NCBI GenBank assembly: GCA_963762375.1
Contig: CAVXKP010000006.1
Location: forward strand, 27-64,026
Origin: an uncultured Acidobacteriaceae bacterium
GTDB taxonomy: Bacteria > Acidobacteriota > Terriglobia > Terriglobales > Acidobacteriaceae
Direction: 5' to 3'
Length of the DNA: 64,000 bases
Every line of letters starts with the position of its first letter. The first letter of the stretch is position 1. The notes under the pieces were generated by a model. It saw only the letters and a program-made list of their open reading frames with translations, made no database searches and was not told the origin of the DNA. Made by a program: the position numbers and the translations under genes. Positions 31,611 through 41,884 of the stretch are shown here, piece after piece.

Positions 31611-32042
31611 CTAGCTGCCGTTCTCAACGCCCGGCGTGATGATCGCGATGTTCGTCACATCCGCCTGCTTGCCGAAACCAACCGCGTCGGCAATCGCGCC
31701 GAAGTTCAGTCCCGGATCGCCCTTGATGAACATGATCTTCTCATTGCGCGTCTCGAAGATCTTCGTCAGCTCCGAGGCGACCTGGTCCCGGGGGAAGGTC
31801 TGCTCATTGATCTTGTAGGTCGGCACCGAGCCCGTGTTCAGCACCTGGACAACGATCGTCCGGGTATCGGTCTGCGGCGTATTCTTGTCCTTCGGCGGCT
31901 GCGGTACCACCGTGTCCAGGCCCTTCGGCGTGGTCGGCTGAATGACCATGAAGATGATCAGAAGCACCAAGAGAACGTCGATCAACGGCGTGACGTTCAT
32001 ATCCGATACTGCACCACCTGTTGAACCACCACCCATTGCCAT
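31611..32042 (-). CDS. exbD: ExbD/TolR family protein
   Basis: MNVTPLIDVLLVLLIIFMV. Confidence 0.92.
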   Translation of the reverse strand: MAMGGGSTGGAVSDMNVTPLIDVLLVLLIIFMVIQPTTPKGLDTVVPQPPKDKNTPQTDTRTIVVQVLNTGSVPTYKINEQTFPRDQVASELTKIFETRNEKIMFIKGDPGLNFGAIADAVGFGKQADVTNIAIITPGVENGS

Positions 32043-32122
32043 AGTGAGACTCCTTTGTTCCTGTACTTACGTCCTTGCGTGCCGGCCACGCTCCTGCCTG
32101 AAGTCCGGAGCTGCCATTGCCC

Positions 32123-32569
32123 CTACTGCTGGGCGTTGTAGGTCTTGTCCGTCATCAGGTTGAGCGTGTTCACGCCGGCCGCGCGCAAGGCGTCGATCGC
32201 ATCCTCAACCTTGCCGAAGTTCGACCGTTGATCGGCACTCAGATACACCGACTTGTCGTCACCCGGATTGGTCTTCAGCGCCTCCAGGCTCTGCACCCGG
32301 GCCGTCAGATCGCCAGTGGACGAAACCTTGTCGCCGCGCACGAACATCGATCCGTCTCGTGTCACCGCCACCGTGATCGCGTCTTCCTTGTTCGCCGCAT
32401 CCAGAATGATTGCCGCACTCACCTTGGGGAGATCGACCGTGATCTTGTCCCCCAGCATCGGAGTGATGACCATGAAGATGATCAACAGCACGAGCATCAC
32501 GTCCACCATGGGAGTTACGTTGATGTTCGAGTTGACCTTCTTGCCCTCGTCCCGCTTTGCTATCGACAT
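32123..32569 (-). CDS. exbD: ExbD/TolR family protein
   Basis: INVTPMVDVMLVLLIIFMVITP. Confidence 0.92.
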   Translation of the reverse strand: MSIAKRDEGKKVNSNINVTPMVDVMLVLLIIFMVITPMLGDKITVDLPKVSAAIILDAANKEDAITVAVTRDGSMFVRGDKVSSTGDLTARVQSLEALKTNPGDDKSVYLSADQRSNFGKVEDAIDALRAAGVNTLNLMTDKTYNAQQ

Positions 32570-32764
32570 AAAAATGCGCTCCGTTCGGGTCGAGGTCGCC
32601 GTTCGCGGCTACCTGCCCTGGCTGTTGTTGCGAGGAGGCTGAGAGTCCGGACGCCGTTCGCTTCGGCGTCCGGAGATCTCCAGCATGATTCTCGCAAGGT
32701 CGTGCTTCGTTACTACGGGCCAGACCTCTACCCACCGGCTCCATCAGGAACCGGCCAGCAGGGT

Positions 32765-33505
32765 TTAGCGGTGCGACTGCTTGATGAAGTAGTCCACCAG
32801 CTCCGACGAGCTGTTGTCCATCTCCACGTCGAACGACTCAACCTTGCCCGTGAAGTAGTTGAACGTCATAACCGCCGGGATAGCGACCAGCAGGCCGAAC
32901 GCCGTCGTGACCAGAGCTTCCGAGATACCGCCGGCGACTGCCGCCAGACCCTGGCTCTTGGTGGTTGCGATCGCCTTGAAGGCGTTAAGAATACCGACGA
33001 CCGTTCCGAACAGACCGATGAACGGTGCCGTCGATCCGATGGTGGCCAGACCGCCCAGGCCCTTCTTCAGCTTGGCGTGAACGATCGCTTCCGAGCGCTC
33101 CAGTGCGCGCTTGGAGCTCTCAATCTGCTCCTCCGAGATCGCGCCGCCCGAACCGAACGAACGGAACTCCGTCAGACCAGCCGTCACCACCTCAGCAAGG
33201 TGAGACTTCTTGGAACGATCGGCAACCTTGATCGCCTCGTCCAGACGACCTTCCTTCAAAGCGCCGGCGACCTTCGGAGCAAACTCGCGCGACTGCTTGC
33301 GCGCTGCCGAGAAGTACAGAGCGCGGTCGATCATCACGGCCAGCGACCAGATCGACATGATGAACAGCAGGATGACGACGAGCTTGGCAGGGACGCCCAT
33401 CTGGGCCCAGAGGGCCGCAGGTCCGAAGCCTACTTCGGCAGGTGCGTCTTGGAGATACATGGCGAGCGGTGCGTGAGCGAGGTTTGCGAGATGAACGAGA
33501 ATCAC
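32765..33505 (-). CDS. exbB: MotA/TolQ/ExbB proton channel
   Basis: LATIGSTAPFIGLFGTVVGI, GISEALVTTAFGLLVAIPA. Confidence 0.92.
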   Translation of the reverse strand: MILVHLANLAHAPLAMYLQDAPAEVGFGPAALWAQMGVPAKLVVILLFIMSIWSLAVMIDRALYFSAARKQSREFAPKVAGALKEGRLDEAIKVADRSKKSHLAEVVTAGLTEFRSFGSGGAISEEQIESSKRALERSEAIVHAKLKKGLGGLATIGSTAPFIGLFGTVVGILNAFKAIATTKSQGLAAVAGGISEALVTTAFGLLVAIPAVMTFNYFTGKVESFDVEMDNSSSELVDYFIKQSHR

Positions 33506-33763
33506 GAAGTCTTTCCTCCTGGTGGATGGACGTGCAAATTACGGGTGGAGCGTACACGTGGTGCACTGGTTGCTTGAGGCCGTGGTTTGGATCGAGCGGT
33601 GAAGCTCGATCAGGGAAGCTGGCGGGGAGGTACAGGAGGATTCGCCTGTTCTCGCCCAGGATGTCGTCGAGATTCTTACAATACCTCAGGTTGGACGTCG
33701 TGGCGCGCTGTTGATCAAGCGGTTAATAATCAACAGATTTCCGCGCCACCCCGCCTCAGATGT

Positions 33764-34501
33764 CTAGTCTCCGCCGTTCAGCGCGAAGTTTACCGTGATG
33801 GTGGTATCCACCTCGGTCGGATCGCCATTGAGCAGGTACGGCCGGTATCTCCACTGCTTCACTGCTTCCATGGCGTAGTTGTTGAACATCGGATTGCTGC
33901 TCGACTGTACCGTCAGGTTGACGACGCTGCCCGTCTTGGAGATGATGGCGTGCAGCACCACCGTTCCGCTCATGTGAGCGATCTTCGCAATCGGCGGATA
34001 CTGCGGCTCCACAAACGCGATGCGGTTACCCGCGATCACGCCGGCCGAGATGCGCGCCGGTCCCGTCGGCTTGGGCGGCGTTACGTGAATCGCCGGCCCC
34101 GTGCCGCCCATCATGCCGCCCATGATCCCGCCAGGAGCTCCGCCCGCCATGCCTTCCATGCCGGCTACTCCAGCGCCAGCCGGTGGAGGCGGCGCGTCTT
34201 CATGGACCATCTTGATGTCCTTGGGAATCTTGGTCGGCGCATGCAGGCCGTTGTCTACGTCCACAACCTTCGGCATCACCTTGGGTGCGGGTGGCGGAGG
34301 TGGCGGCGGCGGTGGTGGCGGCGGCGGCGGAGCCGTCAGCGATGCCGTCAACGAGTTGTGCGGCAGAGCTTCCGGGTACAGGAGCGGAATCAAAATCATC
34401 AGTCCCACGATGAGGCCATTGAATACAAACGTGGCGATCATCCAGTACTTGGATCTGGTCTTGAGCTTACCGCCGGATTCCATCAGAGCGTCTTCGAACA
34501 T
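33764..34501 (-). CDS. tonB: energy transducer TonB
   Basis: N-terminal TM anchor, poly-Pro, PQYPPIAK, AVKQWRYRP. Confidence 0.9.
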   Translation of the reverse strand: MFEDALMESGGKLKTRSKYWMIATFVFNGLIVGLMILIPLLYPEALPHNSLTASLTAPPPPPPPPPPPPPPAPKVMPKVVDVDNGLHAPTKIPKDIKMVHEDAPPPPAGAGVAGMEGMAGGAPGGIMGGMMGGTGPAIHVTPPKPTGPARISAGVIAGNRIAFVEPQYPPIAKIAHMSGTVVLHAIISKTGSVVNLTVQSSSNPMFNNYAMEAVKQWRYRPYLLNGDPTEVDTTITVNFALNGGD

Positions 34502-34540
34502 TTAAGCGACCTCCTTCCCGTAAGGGAAAGCATAAGAGCT

Positions 34541-34569
34541 TTAGACACCGCACCAACTCGAATTGTTCC
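34541..34569 (-). promoter_or_regulatory. possible RpoE/ECF-type promoter of the tonB operon
   Basis: GGAACAA-N16-GTCTAA on the minus strand. Confidence 0.45.
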
Positions 34570-34743
34570 CGGCTATTGCAACCTTTTTTCCCGGGGAGGA
34601 AAACTCCGCCCCGCGGCGTTGGCTGCCCGCCGTACCTTGGGATGAATGGAACCGGAGTTTGAGATGCCGCGTCTTGCAGGTCATCCTATCTCAAATCTCC
34701 CTGAATACAAAAATGCATGAAATGTAGTGCACTTCCTACCGCG

Positions 34744-35718
34744 TTACCGCCGCACAACCTTGGCCGCCGGCAGCGCCACCCGCTTGCCCGCCGGCGCCCG
34801 CTTCGCCCGCCAGTCCTGGTAGGCCACCAGCATCGGCGCCGCCACCGCAATCGACGAGTACGTTCCGATCGTAATACCGACCACCAGCGCAAACGAGAAG
34901 CCGCGCAGCACCTCGCCGCCGAACACAAACAGGCACAGCACTGTCATGAACGTCAGCCCCGAGGCGATCACCGTCCGGCTCAGCGTCTGGTTGATGCTGC
35001 GGTTCACCAGGTCGGCGAGCTTGTCGCGCCGGTTCAACGCCAGGTTCTCGCGTATGCGATCGAAGACCACGATCGTGTCGTTCATCGAGTAGCCCACCAG
35101 CGTCAGGATCGCCGCCACCACCGTCAGCGTGATCTCCTGGTTGGTCAGCGAGAAGAAGCCGATCGTGATCAGCGTGTCATGGAAGACCGCGACCACGGCC
35201 GCCACGCCATAGATCAGCTCAAACCGGAACCACAGGTAGATCAGCATCCCCAGCAGCGAGTACAGCGTCGCCAGCTCCGCCTCGTGCGTCAGCTGCTTGC
35301 CCGCCGTCGGGCCCACAATGTCCACCTGCTGCACGCTGAAGCCGGAGTCGTGATACCCCGCCGTCAACGCACTCTCGACCTCGGAACGCCCCTCGTCGTG
35401 CGCCGTATCCTGCGCCGTCGACAGCGGCAGCGAGATGATCTCCTTGTTGCCCAGAGCGCCGCCGCCCACATCCGAGATGCGCTGCGTCGTCGCGTCCTTG
35501 ATGTTCGCCGCAGCCAGCGCCTTGCGGATGTCATCCTCGTGCGGCGCGCTGTCGAACTGAACCGTGATCGCCGTTCCGCCCTTGAAGTCCACGCCCGTCG
35601 GAATCCCATGCCAGAAGAAGATGCTGATCAGGCCGGCAACCGAGAAGATCAAGCTGAAGCCGAGGAAGTACCATTTCTTCCCCAGCCAATCGATATTTGC
35701 GCTCCGAAACAGTTCCAC
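34744..35718 (-). CDS. secF: protein translocase subunit SecF
   Basis: GVDFKGG, VGPTAG, FHD, GYSMNDTIVVFDRIRE, GTYSS. Confidence 0.96.
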   Translation of the reverse strand: MELFRSANIDWLGKKWYFLGFSLIFSVAGLISIFFWHGIPTGVDFKGGTAITVQFDSAPHEDDIRKALAAANIKDATTQRISDVGGGALGNKEIISLPLSTAQDTAHDEGRSEVESALTAGYHDSGFSVQQVDIVGPTAGKQLTHEAELATLYSLLGMLIYLWFRFELIYGVAAVVAVFHDTLITIGFFSLTNQEITLTVVAAILTLVGYSMNDTIVVFDRIRENLALNRRDKLADLVNRSINQTLSRTVIASGLTFMTVLCLFVFGGEVLRGFSFALVVGITIGTYSSIAVAAPMLVAYQDWRAKRAPAGKRVALPAAKVVRR

Positions 35719-35843
35719 GTTTTTCTTTCCTCAGAACGCAGGTCGAGATGCGAGCTCTTCCATGCGAGATCTACGCCGCATCTCGGGATGAACGGAACGA
35801 GCAGCGCCTTAGTCAATCTCGAATCTCGCCGCTGAATCTGCTC

Positions 35844-37430
35844 TTAGATCGAAAGCTCTGCTGTCCCGCGTTCCTTCTTGGTCAGCAGGTAATCAAAGAT
35901 CGTGCGCGACACGAACACCGCGGTAAACACGTTGGCAATCAAACCGATCGTCAGCGTCACCGCGAAGCCCTTCACCGGTCCCGATCCGAACAGGAACAGA
36001 ATCGCCGCCGAAACAACCGTCGTGACGTGAGTATCGAAGATCGTCGTCCACGCATGCGCGAATCCATCCTGCACCGCCGCCGCCGCCGTCTTGCCCAGCC
36101 TCAGCTCTTCCCGGATGCGCTCGAAGATCAGCACGTTCGAATCCACGCCCATACCAATCGTCAGGATCACGCCCGCAATGCCCGGCAGCGTCAGCGTAGC
36201 GCCCGAGTAGCCCATGAAGCCCAGCAGGATCACCAGGTTCAGAATCAGCGCCAGGTCCGCGTTGATGCCCGCGCCCTTGTAGTAGATCAGCATGAAGATC
36301 AGCACCACCACCAGCCCGGCAATCGATGCCACCACGCCCTGGTGAATGCTCGCCGCGCCCAGCGTCGGTCCCACCGTGCGCGTCTCCAGGTACGAGATCG
36401 ATGCCGGCAGCGAACCCGTCCGCAGCATCAGGCTCAGATCCGCCGCCTGGTCCTGCGAGAAGCCGCCCGTAATGCGTCCCTGGTCGCGAATCGCGCTCTC
36501 AATGCCCGCCACCTCGCGCACCTGGTTGTCCAGCACGATCGCCATCTGGCCCGTGCCCTTGTTCGCGTCCGTGTACTTGTAGAAGCGGTCGCCCGCCTCG
36601 GTCGTCAGGTCGAACGTGATGTCCGGCCGTCCGTTCTCGTCGGTCGAAGGCTGCGCATCGCGGAAGTCCGTACCCGACACAATCGCCAGCCGCTTCAGCA
36701 GGTAGTACTCATCCGGACCGCCTGCGCCGTTGTTTCCCTTCAGCAGCTCGTCGTCCGCAGGGATTCCACCCGGATTCGCCTGCTGCGCCTCGGCCACGCT
36801 GCCGTACGCTCCCACCACCTGGTGAATCTCCAGCTTCGCCGTCGACTGGATGATGTTCTCCACCCGGCCCGGATCCGACACGCCCGGCAGCTGCACCAGG
36901 ATCTCGTTATCGCCCAGGCCATACTTCTCGATCAGCGGCTCGCTCACGCCCAGCGTGTTCACGCGCTCGCGGATCGTATCGATCGACGTATCCAGCGCCC
37001 GATCCTCGATCGCCCGGATCTCCGACACCTTCAGCGTCATCTTGTAGCCGCCGTTGCCCGACGACGCCACGTCATAGCCCGCATACTCCGTGCCCGTCAG
37101 AATGTCGTGAATCGCGCTCTGCTGCGTCGGCGACCCGCCCGAGATCGTAATCGTCTCCGGATGCGCCGGATCCAGCTTCGTCGCCGTCGCTCCCGTCGCC
37201 GCCAGCGCCGTATTCAGCGCCTGCACGTCCCGGTCCGTCGACGAGTTCACCGCCTCCGCCACATGCACCTGCAATACCAGGTGCGTCCCACCCTTGAGAT
37301 CCAGTCCCAGGTTGATGCGGTCCTTGAGCGACTGCACCAATCCACCATGCGGAATGCCGAAGATTCCGTAGGTGCAGATCAAAAGAACTGCGACGATAAA
37401 GAGAGCTCTACTGGCCAGATTCTTGCCCAT
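35844..37430 (-). CDS. secD: protein translocase subunit SecD
   Basis: LGLDLKGG, LGVSEP, VGPTLG, GMGVDSNVLIFERIREE. Confidence 0.96.
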   Translation of the reverse strand: MGKNLASRALFIVAVLLICTYGIFGIPHGGLVQSLKDRINLGLDLKGGTHLVLQVHVAEAVNSSTDRDVQALNTALAATGATATKLDPAHPETITISGGSPTQQSAIHDILTGTEYAGYDVASSGNGGYKMTLKVSEIRAIEDRALDTSIDTIRERVNTLGVSEPLIEKYGLGDNEILVQLPGVSDPGRVENIIQSTAKLEIHQVVGAYGSVAEAQQANPGGIPADDELLKGNNGAGGPDEYYLLKRLAIVSGTDFRDAQPSTDENGRPDITFDLTTEAGDRFYKYTDANKGTGQMAIVLDNQVREVAGIESAIRDQGRITGGFSQDQAADLSLMLRTGSLPASISYLETRTVGPTLGAASIHQGVVASIAGLVVVLIFMLIYYKGAGINADLALILNLVILLGFMGYSGATLTLPGIAGVILTIGMGVDSNVLIFERIREELRLGKTAAAAVQDGFAHAWTTIFDTHVTTVVSAAILFLFGSGPVKGFAVTLTIGLIANVFTAVFVSRTIFDYLLTKKERGTAELSI

Positions 37431-37470
37431 TGTTGTCTTGTTTCCTTGAATACCACTGTCGAGAACGTGT

Positions 37471-37511
37471 GTTGGTTCTTTCCAGAACGTAGGTTGGTTC
37501 TTTCCAGAACG
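37471..37511 (-). repeat. tandem 19 bp direct repeat (22 bp period) of a small hairpin in the yajC-secD spacer
   Basis: gttggttctttccagaacg x2; in the mRNA, GUUCU-GGAA-AGAAC. Confidence 0.7.
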
Positions 37512-37557
37512 CGGTGCCTTTAGCGAGAACCTGCGTCACTCCGCCGCGTAGCCTGTC

Positions 37558-37896
37558 TTACGCCGACTTGCTGTTGTCTTCTTCCGTGGTCACCGCCGCC
37601 ACAGCGCTCTTCACAAACTCCAGCTTCACACCATCCGGAGCCGTGCGCACCACCAGCAGATCGTCCTTCACGCTGACAATCACGCCGCGAATGCCGCCGT
37701 TGGTCGTCACCCGATCGCCCGGCTTCAACGCCGCCAGCATCGCCGCCCACGTCTTCTGCTTTCGCTGGTTCGGTGCAATCAGCAGAAAATACATGGCCAC
37801 GAACATCAACAGCAGCAGCGGAATCCCGCCAAATTGACCGAAGATCGATCCGCCGCCGCCAGCCAGCATTGCAAAACCCAAAGCGTTCACTGCCAC
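37558..37896 (-). CDS. yajC: preprotein translocase subunit YajC
   Basis: YFLLIAPNQRKQK, LKPGDRVTTNGGI; upstream of secDF. Confidence 0.92.
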   Translation of the reverse strand: MAVNALGFAMLAGGGGSIFGQFGGIPLLLLMFVAMYFLLIAPNQRKQKTWAAMLAALKPGDRVTTNGGIRGVIVSVKDDLLVVRTAPDGVKLEFVKSAVAAVTTEEDNSKSA

Positions 37897-38420
37897 GTCC
37901 TGCTTGCGCGCCGAACACACGAAACTTCTTCGCCGGTCGCGTCTTCCTTGGAAATTTGGGGATTTTCGCTCGCCCGTTCCGCAAGCGCTGGAACTGTGCC
38001 GTGCTCCCGAAGTTCCCTCCGGACACACGCCCACGAAAGCCAGCCAATCGCACCTGAGGGTTAAGCATCGCGGAAGGACCGCGTGATGTCAAGGAAATCG
38101 CGGGTTTCCGCCGGCTCCAGCCTCATTGGGTCGCGAATCAGCCCGCACCGGTCGACCCAAAACCACCAGTCGCCCGTCAAACTCCGTCCGCCCCAAACCC
38201 CGCAACCCGGGAATTCCCGGAACGGACCGCCCGCAGTTGCTCCCGCATGCAAAACTTTGCAGCCATTCCGCCCCCATCTCGTTGAGCGCATTGAATGTTT
38301 CCTGAATATAATTTCAAGAAATCCGCGTCTACATAGAAAAAGGCCCCCTCAAATCCATCGCGAAGGCCTAGCGTTAACCCAGTCAATCCATCACGCCTCG
38401 TCTCCCGGAAAGGTACTCCC

Positions 38421-38945
38421 ATGGCCACACCCATCAACTCGTCCCCCACCGAGTCCGTATGGGACTATCCCAGTCCACCTCGTCTCGAACTCGTCCACAA
38501 CTACATCCGCATCGTCCACTGCGGCATCCTCCTCGCCGAAACCGCGCGCTCCATCCGCGTCCTCGAGACCAGCCACCCGCCCGTCTACTACATCCCTCAC
38601 CCCAACATCGCCATGCACCTCCTCAAGCCCTCCGCCCAACCCGCCAGCCTCTGCGAGTTCAAAGGCCTCGCCACCTACTGGTCCATCGACCTCACCCTCG
38701 ACCCGCTCCTCAACCTCGCCGAATCTCCCTGCGCCATCAGCATCAACGCCGCCTGGAGCTACGTCCAACCCTCCCCCGGCTACGAGGACCTGCGCAATCA
38801 CGTTGCCTTCTACGCCAATCGCGTCGACGAGTGCACCATCGACGGCGAACGCGTCACTCCCCAGCCCGGCGATTACTATGGAGGCTGGATCACCTCCCAC
38901 ATCACCGGCCCCTTCAAAGCCTTGAACGACACCGAGAGGCCTTGA
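38421..38945 (+). CDS. DUF427 family protein
   Basis: ESVWDYP, RVLETSHPPVYY, CEFKG, AAWSY, QPGDYYGGWIT. Confidence 0.88.
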   Translation: MATPINSSPTESVWDYPSPPRLELVHNYIRIVHCGILLAETARSIRVLETSHPPVYYIPHPNIAMHLLKPSAQPASLCEFKGLATYWSIDLTLDPLLNLAESPCAISINAAWSYVQPSPGYEDLRNHVAFYANRVDECTIDGERVTPQPGDYYGGWITSHITGPFKALNDTERP

Positions 38946-38980
38946 ACGACACCCAGAGGCCTTGAACGACACCCAGCGCC
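38921..38980 (+). repeat. 3 x 20 bp tandem repeat spanning the DUF427 stop codon
   Basis: cttgaacgacaccgagaggc / cttgaacgacacccagaggc / cttgaacgacacccagcgcc. Confidence 0.9.
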
Positions 38981-39029
38981 TTTAGTTCGCCACGCACCAC
39001 CTCTCACACGGCTGCGGTACCCTCCTTCC

Positions 39030-40285
39030 ATGCCATCCCCCGTGCCGCCGCCCAGGCAACCGCCCGTGCAACCGCCCGTGCAACCCCAAAGCACCGCGCC
39101 GGCCTGGATCGAGATCCTCCTCGTCTTCCTCCGCCTCGGCTGCACCAGCTTCGGCGGACCCATCGCCCACCTCGGCTACTTCCAGCGCGAGCTCATCGAT
39201 CGCCGCGCCTGGTGCACCCAGGACACCTACGCCGAAGTCATCGCCCTCGCCCAATCCCTCCCCGGCCCCGCCAGCAGCCAGACCGGCTTCGCCCTCGGCC
39301 TTCTGCGCGGCGGCCTTCCCGGAGCCTTCGCCGCGTGGCTCGGCTTCACCCTCCCCTCTGCTCTCCTCATGTTCGCCTTCGCCTTCGGCCACACCCTCTT
39401 CACCGGACCCATCGCCCTCCGCGCCCTGCATGGCCTCGAGCTCGTCGCCGTCGCCATCGTCGCGCAGGCCGTCCTCTCCATGCAGCGCTCGCTCGCTCCC
39501 AACCTCATCCGCATCGCCATCGCCATCGCCGCGGCCGCCCTCACCCTCTGCCTCCCCACACCCTTCGCCACCCTCATCGCCATCGCCACCGGCCTCCTCG
39601 CCGGCCTCATCCTCTGCCGCACACCCGACACCTCCCAGTCCCTCGAAGCCCCACCCTCCCCCATCTCCCGCCGCACCGCCTTCCTCGCCGCCACCCTCTT
39701 CCTCCTTCTCCTGATCCTCTCCGAGCTCCCCGCCCGCACCCTCCCCGCCCCCTCGCCGCCGCCTTCTACCGCAGCGGAGCCCTCGTCTTCGGCGGTGGCC
39801 ACGTCGTTCTCCCCCTCCTCGAAGCCGCCGTCGTCTCGCCCGGATGGCTCACCCAGCCCACCTTCCTCGCCGGCTACGGAGCGGCGCAGGCCCTCCCCGG
39901 ACCGCTCTTCACCTTCAGCGCCTACCTCGGCGCCTCCATCGGCATCGCCACCCACCACGCCACGTGCTACAGCCTGGCCGCGAGCCTCACCGCCCTCCTC
40001 GGCATCTTCCTCCCCGGCCTGCTCCTCATGCTCGCCATCCTCCCCTTCTGGAGCACCCTCCGCACCCGCCCCGCCCTTCGCTCCGCCCTCCGCGGCATCA
40101 ACGCCAGCGTCGTCGGCGTCCTCTTCGCCGCCCTCATTCGCCCCCTCGCCACCACCGCGCTCCACTCCCTCGCGGACATCCTCTTCGCCCTCGCCACCCT
40201 CGCGCTTCTCCTCTTCGCCAAAGCTCCCACCTGGGCCATCGTCCTCGCCGGAGCCCTGCTCTGCGCCCTCATCCCCGCACTCTAG
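39030..40285 (+). CDS. chrA: chromate efflux transporter; frameshift near 39750
   Basis: FLRLGCTSFGGPIAH, LPGPASSQ, FYRSGALVFGGGHVVLP, AQALPGP. Confidence 0.88.
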
Positions 40286-40359
40286 AATCCCCCTGCCCGC
40301 GCAGCACACCGTTTTTACCCCTCGCCGTCCGCGCAGAGCGACCCGCGATACCCTTACGT

Positions 40360-41766
40360 ATGCGCATCAAGCCAAGCGACATCCGCGCCGAGCTGCCCCC
40401 GCTCGTTCACCTCGCCCTGCCCCTCATCGCCGGCGAGCTCGGCTGGGTCTCCATGTCGCTGGTCGACACCATCATGCTCGGCCACCTGCCCAACTCCGCC
40501 CTCGCCATGAGCGCCGCCGCCCTCGCCCAGGTCCTCTTCAACACCTTCTGCTTCGGCGTCGGCGGCGTCCTGCTCGGCCTCGACACCCTCATCTCCCAGG
40601 CCCTCGGCGCCAAAGAGCAGCACGAGGCCAACCGCTGGCTCCTCCACGGCCTCGTCATGGCCCTCGCTCTCTCCGCCCTGCTCATCGCCCTCTTCGCCGT
40701 CACCCCCGTCCTTCTCCTCCACCTCCCCGTCGACCACGCCATCCTCGCCCAGGCCGTCCCCGCCATGCAGGGCCTCAACTACGGCACCCTCCCCCTGCTG
40801 CTCTACTTCACCTTCCGCCGCTACCTGCAGGCCCACCACCACGGCCGCCCCATCGCCTTCGCCCTCATCTCCGCCAACCTGGTCAACGCCGCCGGCGACT
40901 GGCTCCTCATCTTCGGCCACCGCTTCCACCTCGCCGCCCACACCTACGGCATCCCCGCCTTCGGCGTCACCGGCTCCTCCTGGTCCACCAGCTTCGCCCG
41001 CCTCTACCTCATGGCCGTCCTGGTCTTCGCCGTCTGGCGCGCCGACCGCCACCACCACTACGGCCTCCTCGCCAGCCTTCACCAGCGAGCGTGGCTTCGC
41101 ATCGAGTACCAGCACCTCCGCCGCCTCTTCCTCCTCGGCGCCCCCGCCGGAGCCTCCATCTTCGTCGAGATCGCCATCTTCGCCCTGGTCACCTCGCTCA
41201 TCGCCACCTTCGGCCGCCTCCCGCTCGCCGGCCACGAAGTCGCCCTGCAGTGCGCCAGCACCACCTTCATGGTGCCCTTCGCCATCTCCGCGGCCACCTC
41301 CGTCCGCGTCGGCCACGCCATCGGCCGCCTGCGCATCGGCCTCGGCACCACGGCCAACGTCATCGCCGCCGGTTGGAGCGGCATCGGCACCGGCGCCGCC
41401 TTCATGCTCTGCGCCTCTGTTCTGTTGCTCTCCATCCCCAGCCAGATCGCGCGCATCTTCACGCCCGACCCCGGCGTCATCGCCGCCGCCGTCCCCCTTC
41501 TGCTCATCGCCGCCGGCTTCCAGTTCTTCGACGGCGTCCAGATCACCGCCACCGGAGCCCTCCGCGGTTCCGGCAACACCCACGCCCCCTTCCTCACCCA
41601 GCTCATCGCCTACTGGATCATCGGCATGCCGCTCGGCATCCTGCTCGGCTTCCACGAAAAACTAGGCGCTGCCGGCCTCTGGTGGGGCCTGCTCATCGCC
41701 CTCACCTGCGGAGCCTTCGCCATGTGCTACTTCTGGCGCCGCACCACCCACGCCCTCCCCGCCTGA
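40360..41766 (+). CDS. MATE family efflux transporter
   Basis: LALPLI...VDTIMLGH, LDTLISQA.G, FQFFDGVQ...GALRG.G. Confidence 0.92.
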   Translation: MRIKPSDIRAELPPLVHLALPLIAGELGWVSMSLVDTIMLGHLPNSALAMSAAALAQVLFNTFCFGVGGVLLGLDTLISQALGAKEQHEANRWLLHGLVMALALSALLIALFAVTPVLLLHLPVDHAILAQAVPAMQGLNYGTLPLLLYFTFRRYLQAHHHGRPIAFALISANLVNAAGDWLLIFGHRFHLAAHTYGIPAFGVTGSSWSTSFARLYLMAVLVFAVWRADRHHHYGLLASLHQRAWLRIEYQHLRRLFLLGAPAGASIFVEIAIFALVTSLIATFGRLPLAGHEVALQCASTTFMVPFAISAATSVRVGHAIGRLRIGLGTTANVIAAGWSGIGTGAAFMLCASVLLLSIPSQIARIFTPDPGVIAAAVPLLLIAAGFQFFDGVQITATGALRGSGNTHAPFLTQLIAYWIIGMPLGILLGFHEKLGAAGLWWGLLIALTCGAFAMCYFWRRTTHALPA

Positions 41767-41799
41767 AGATCCACCAGCCAAGGCAACCCTCTCCATCCA

Positions 41800-41841
41800 C
41801 TGAGAACTGAGAACTGAGAACTGACAACTGACAACTGACAA
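41800..41841 (+). repeat. heptamer tandem repeat (CTGAGAA)3(CTGACAA)3, followed by the polar motif at 41851-41869
   Basis: Read directly from the sequence. Confidence 0.9.
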
Positions 41842-41884
41842 CCAAAAACCTTCGCCGTCCGCGCAGGACCGCAGGACGCAGGAC

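Noticed and set aside
4661..38980. Short tandem arrays at 4661-4722 and 38921-38980 as CRISPR arrays
   Set aside because: There are no unique spacers between units, only three copies each, and no cas genes.
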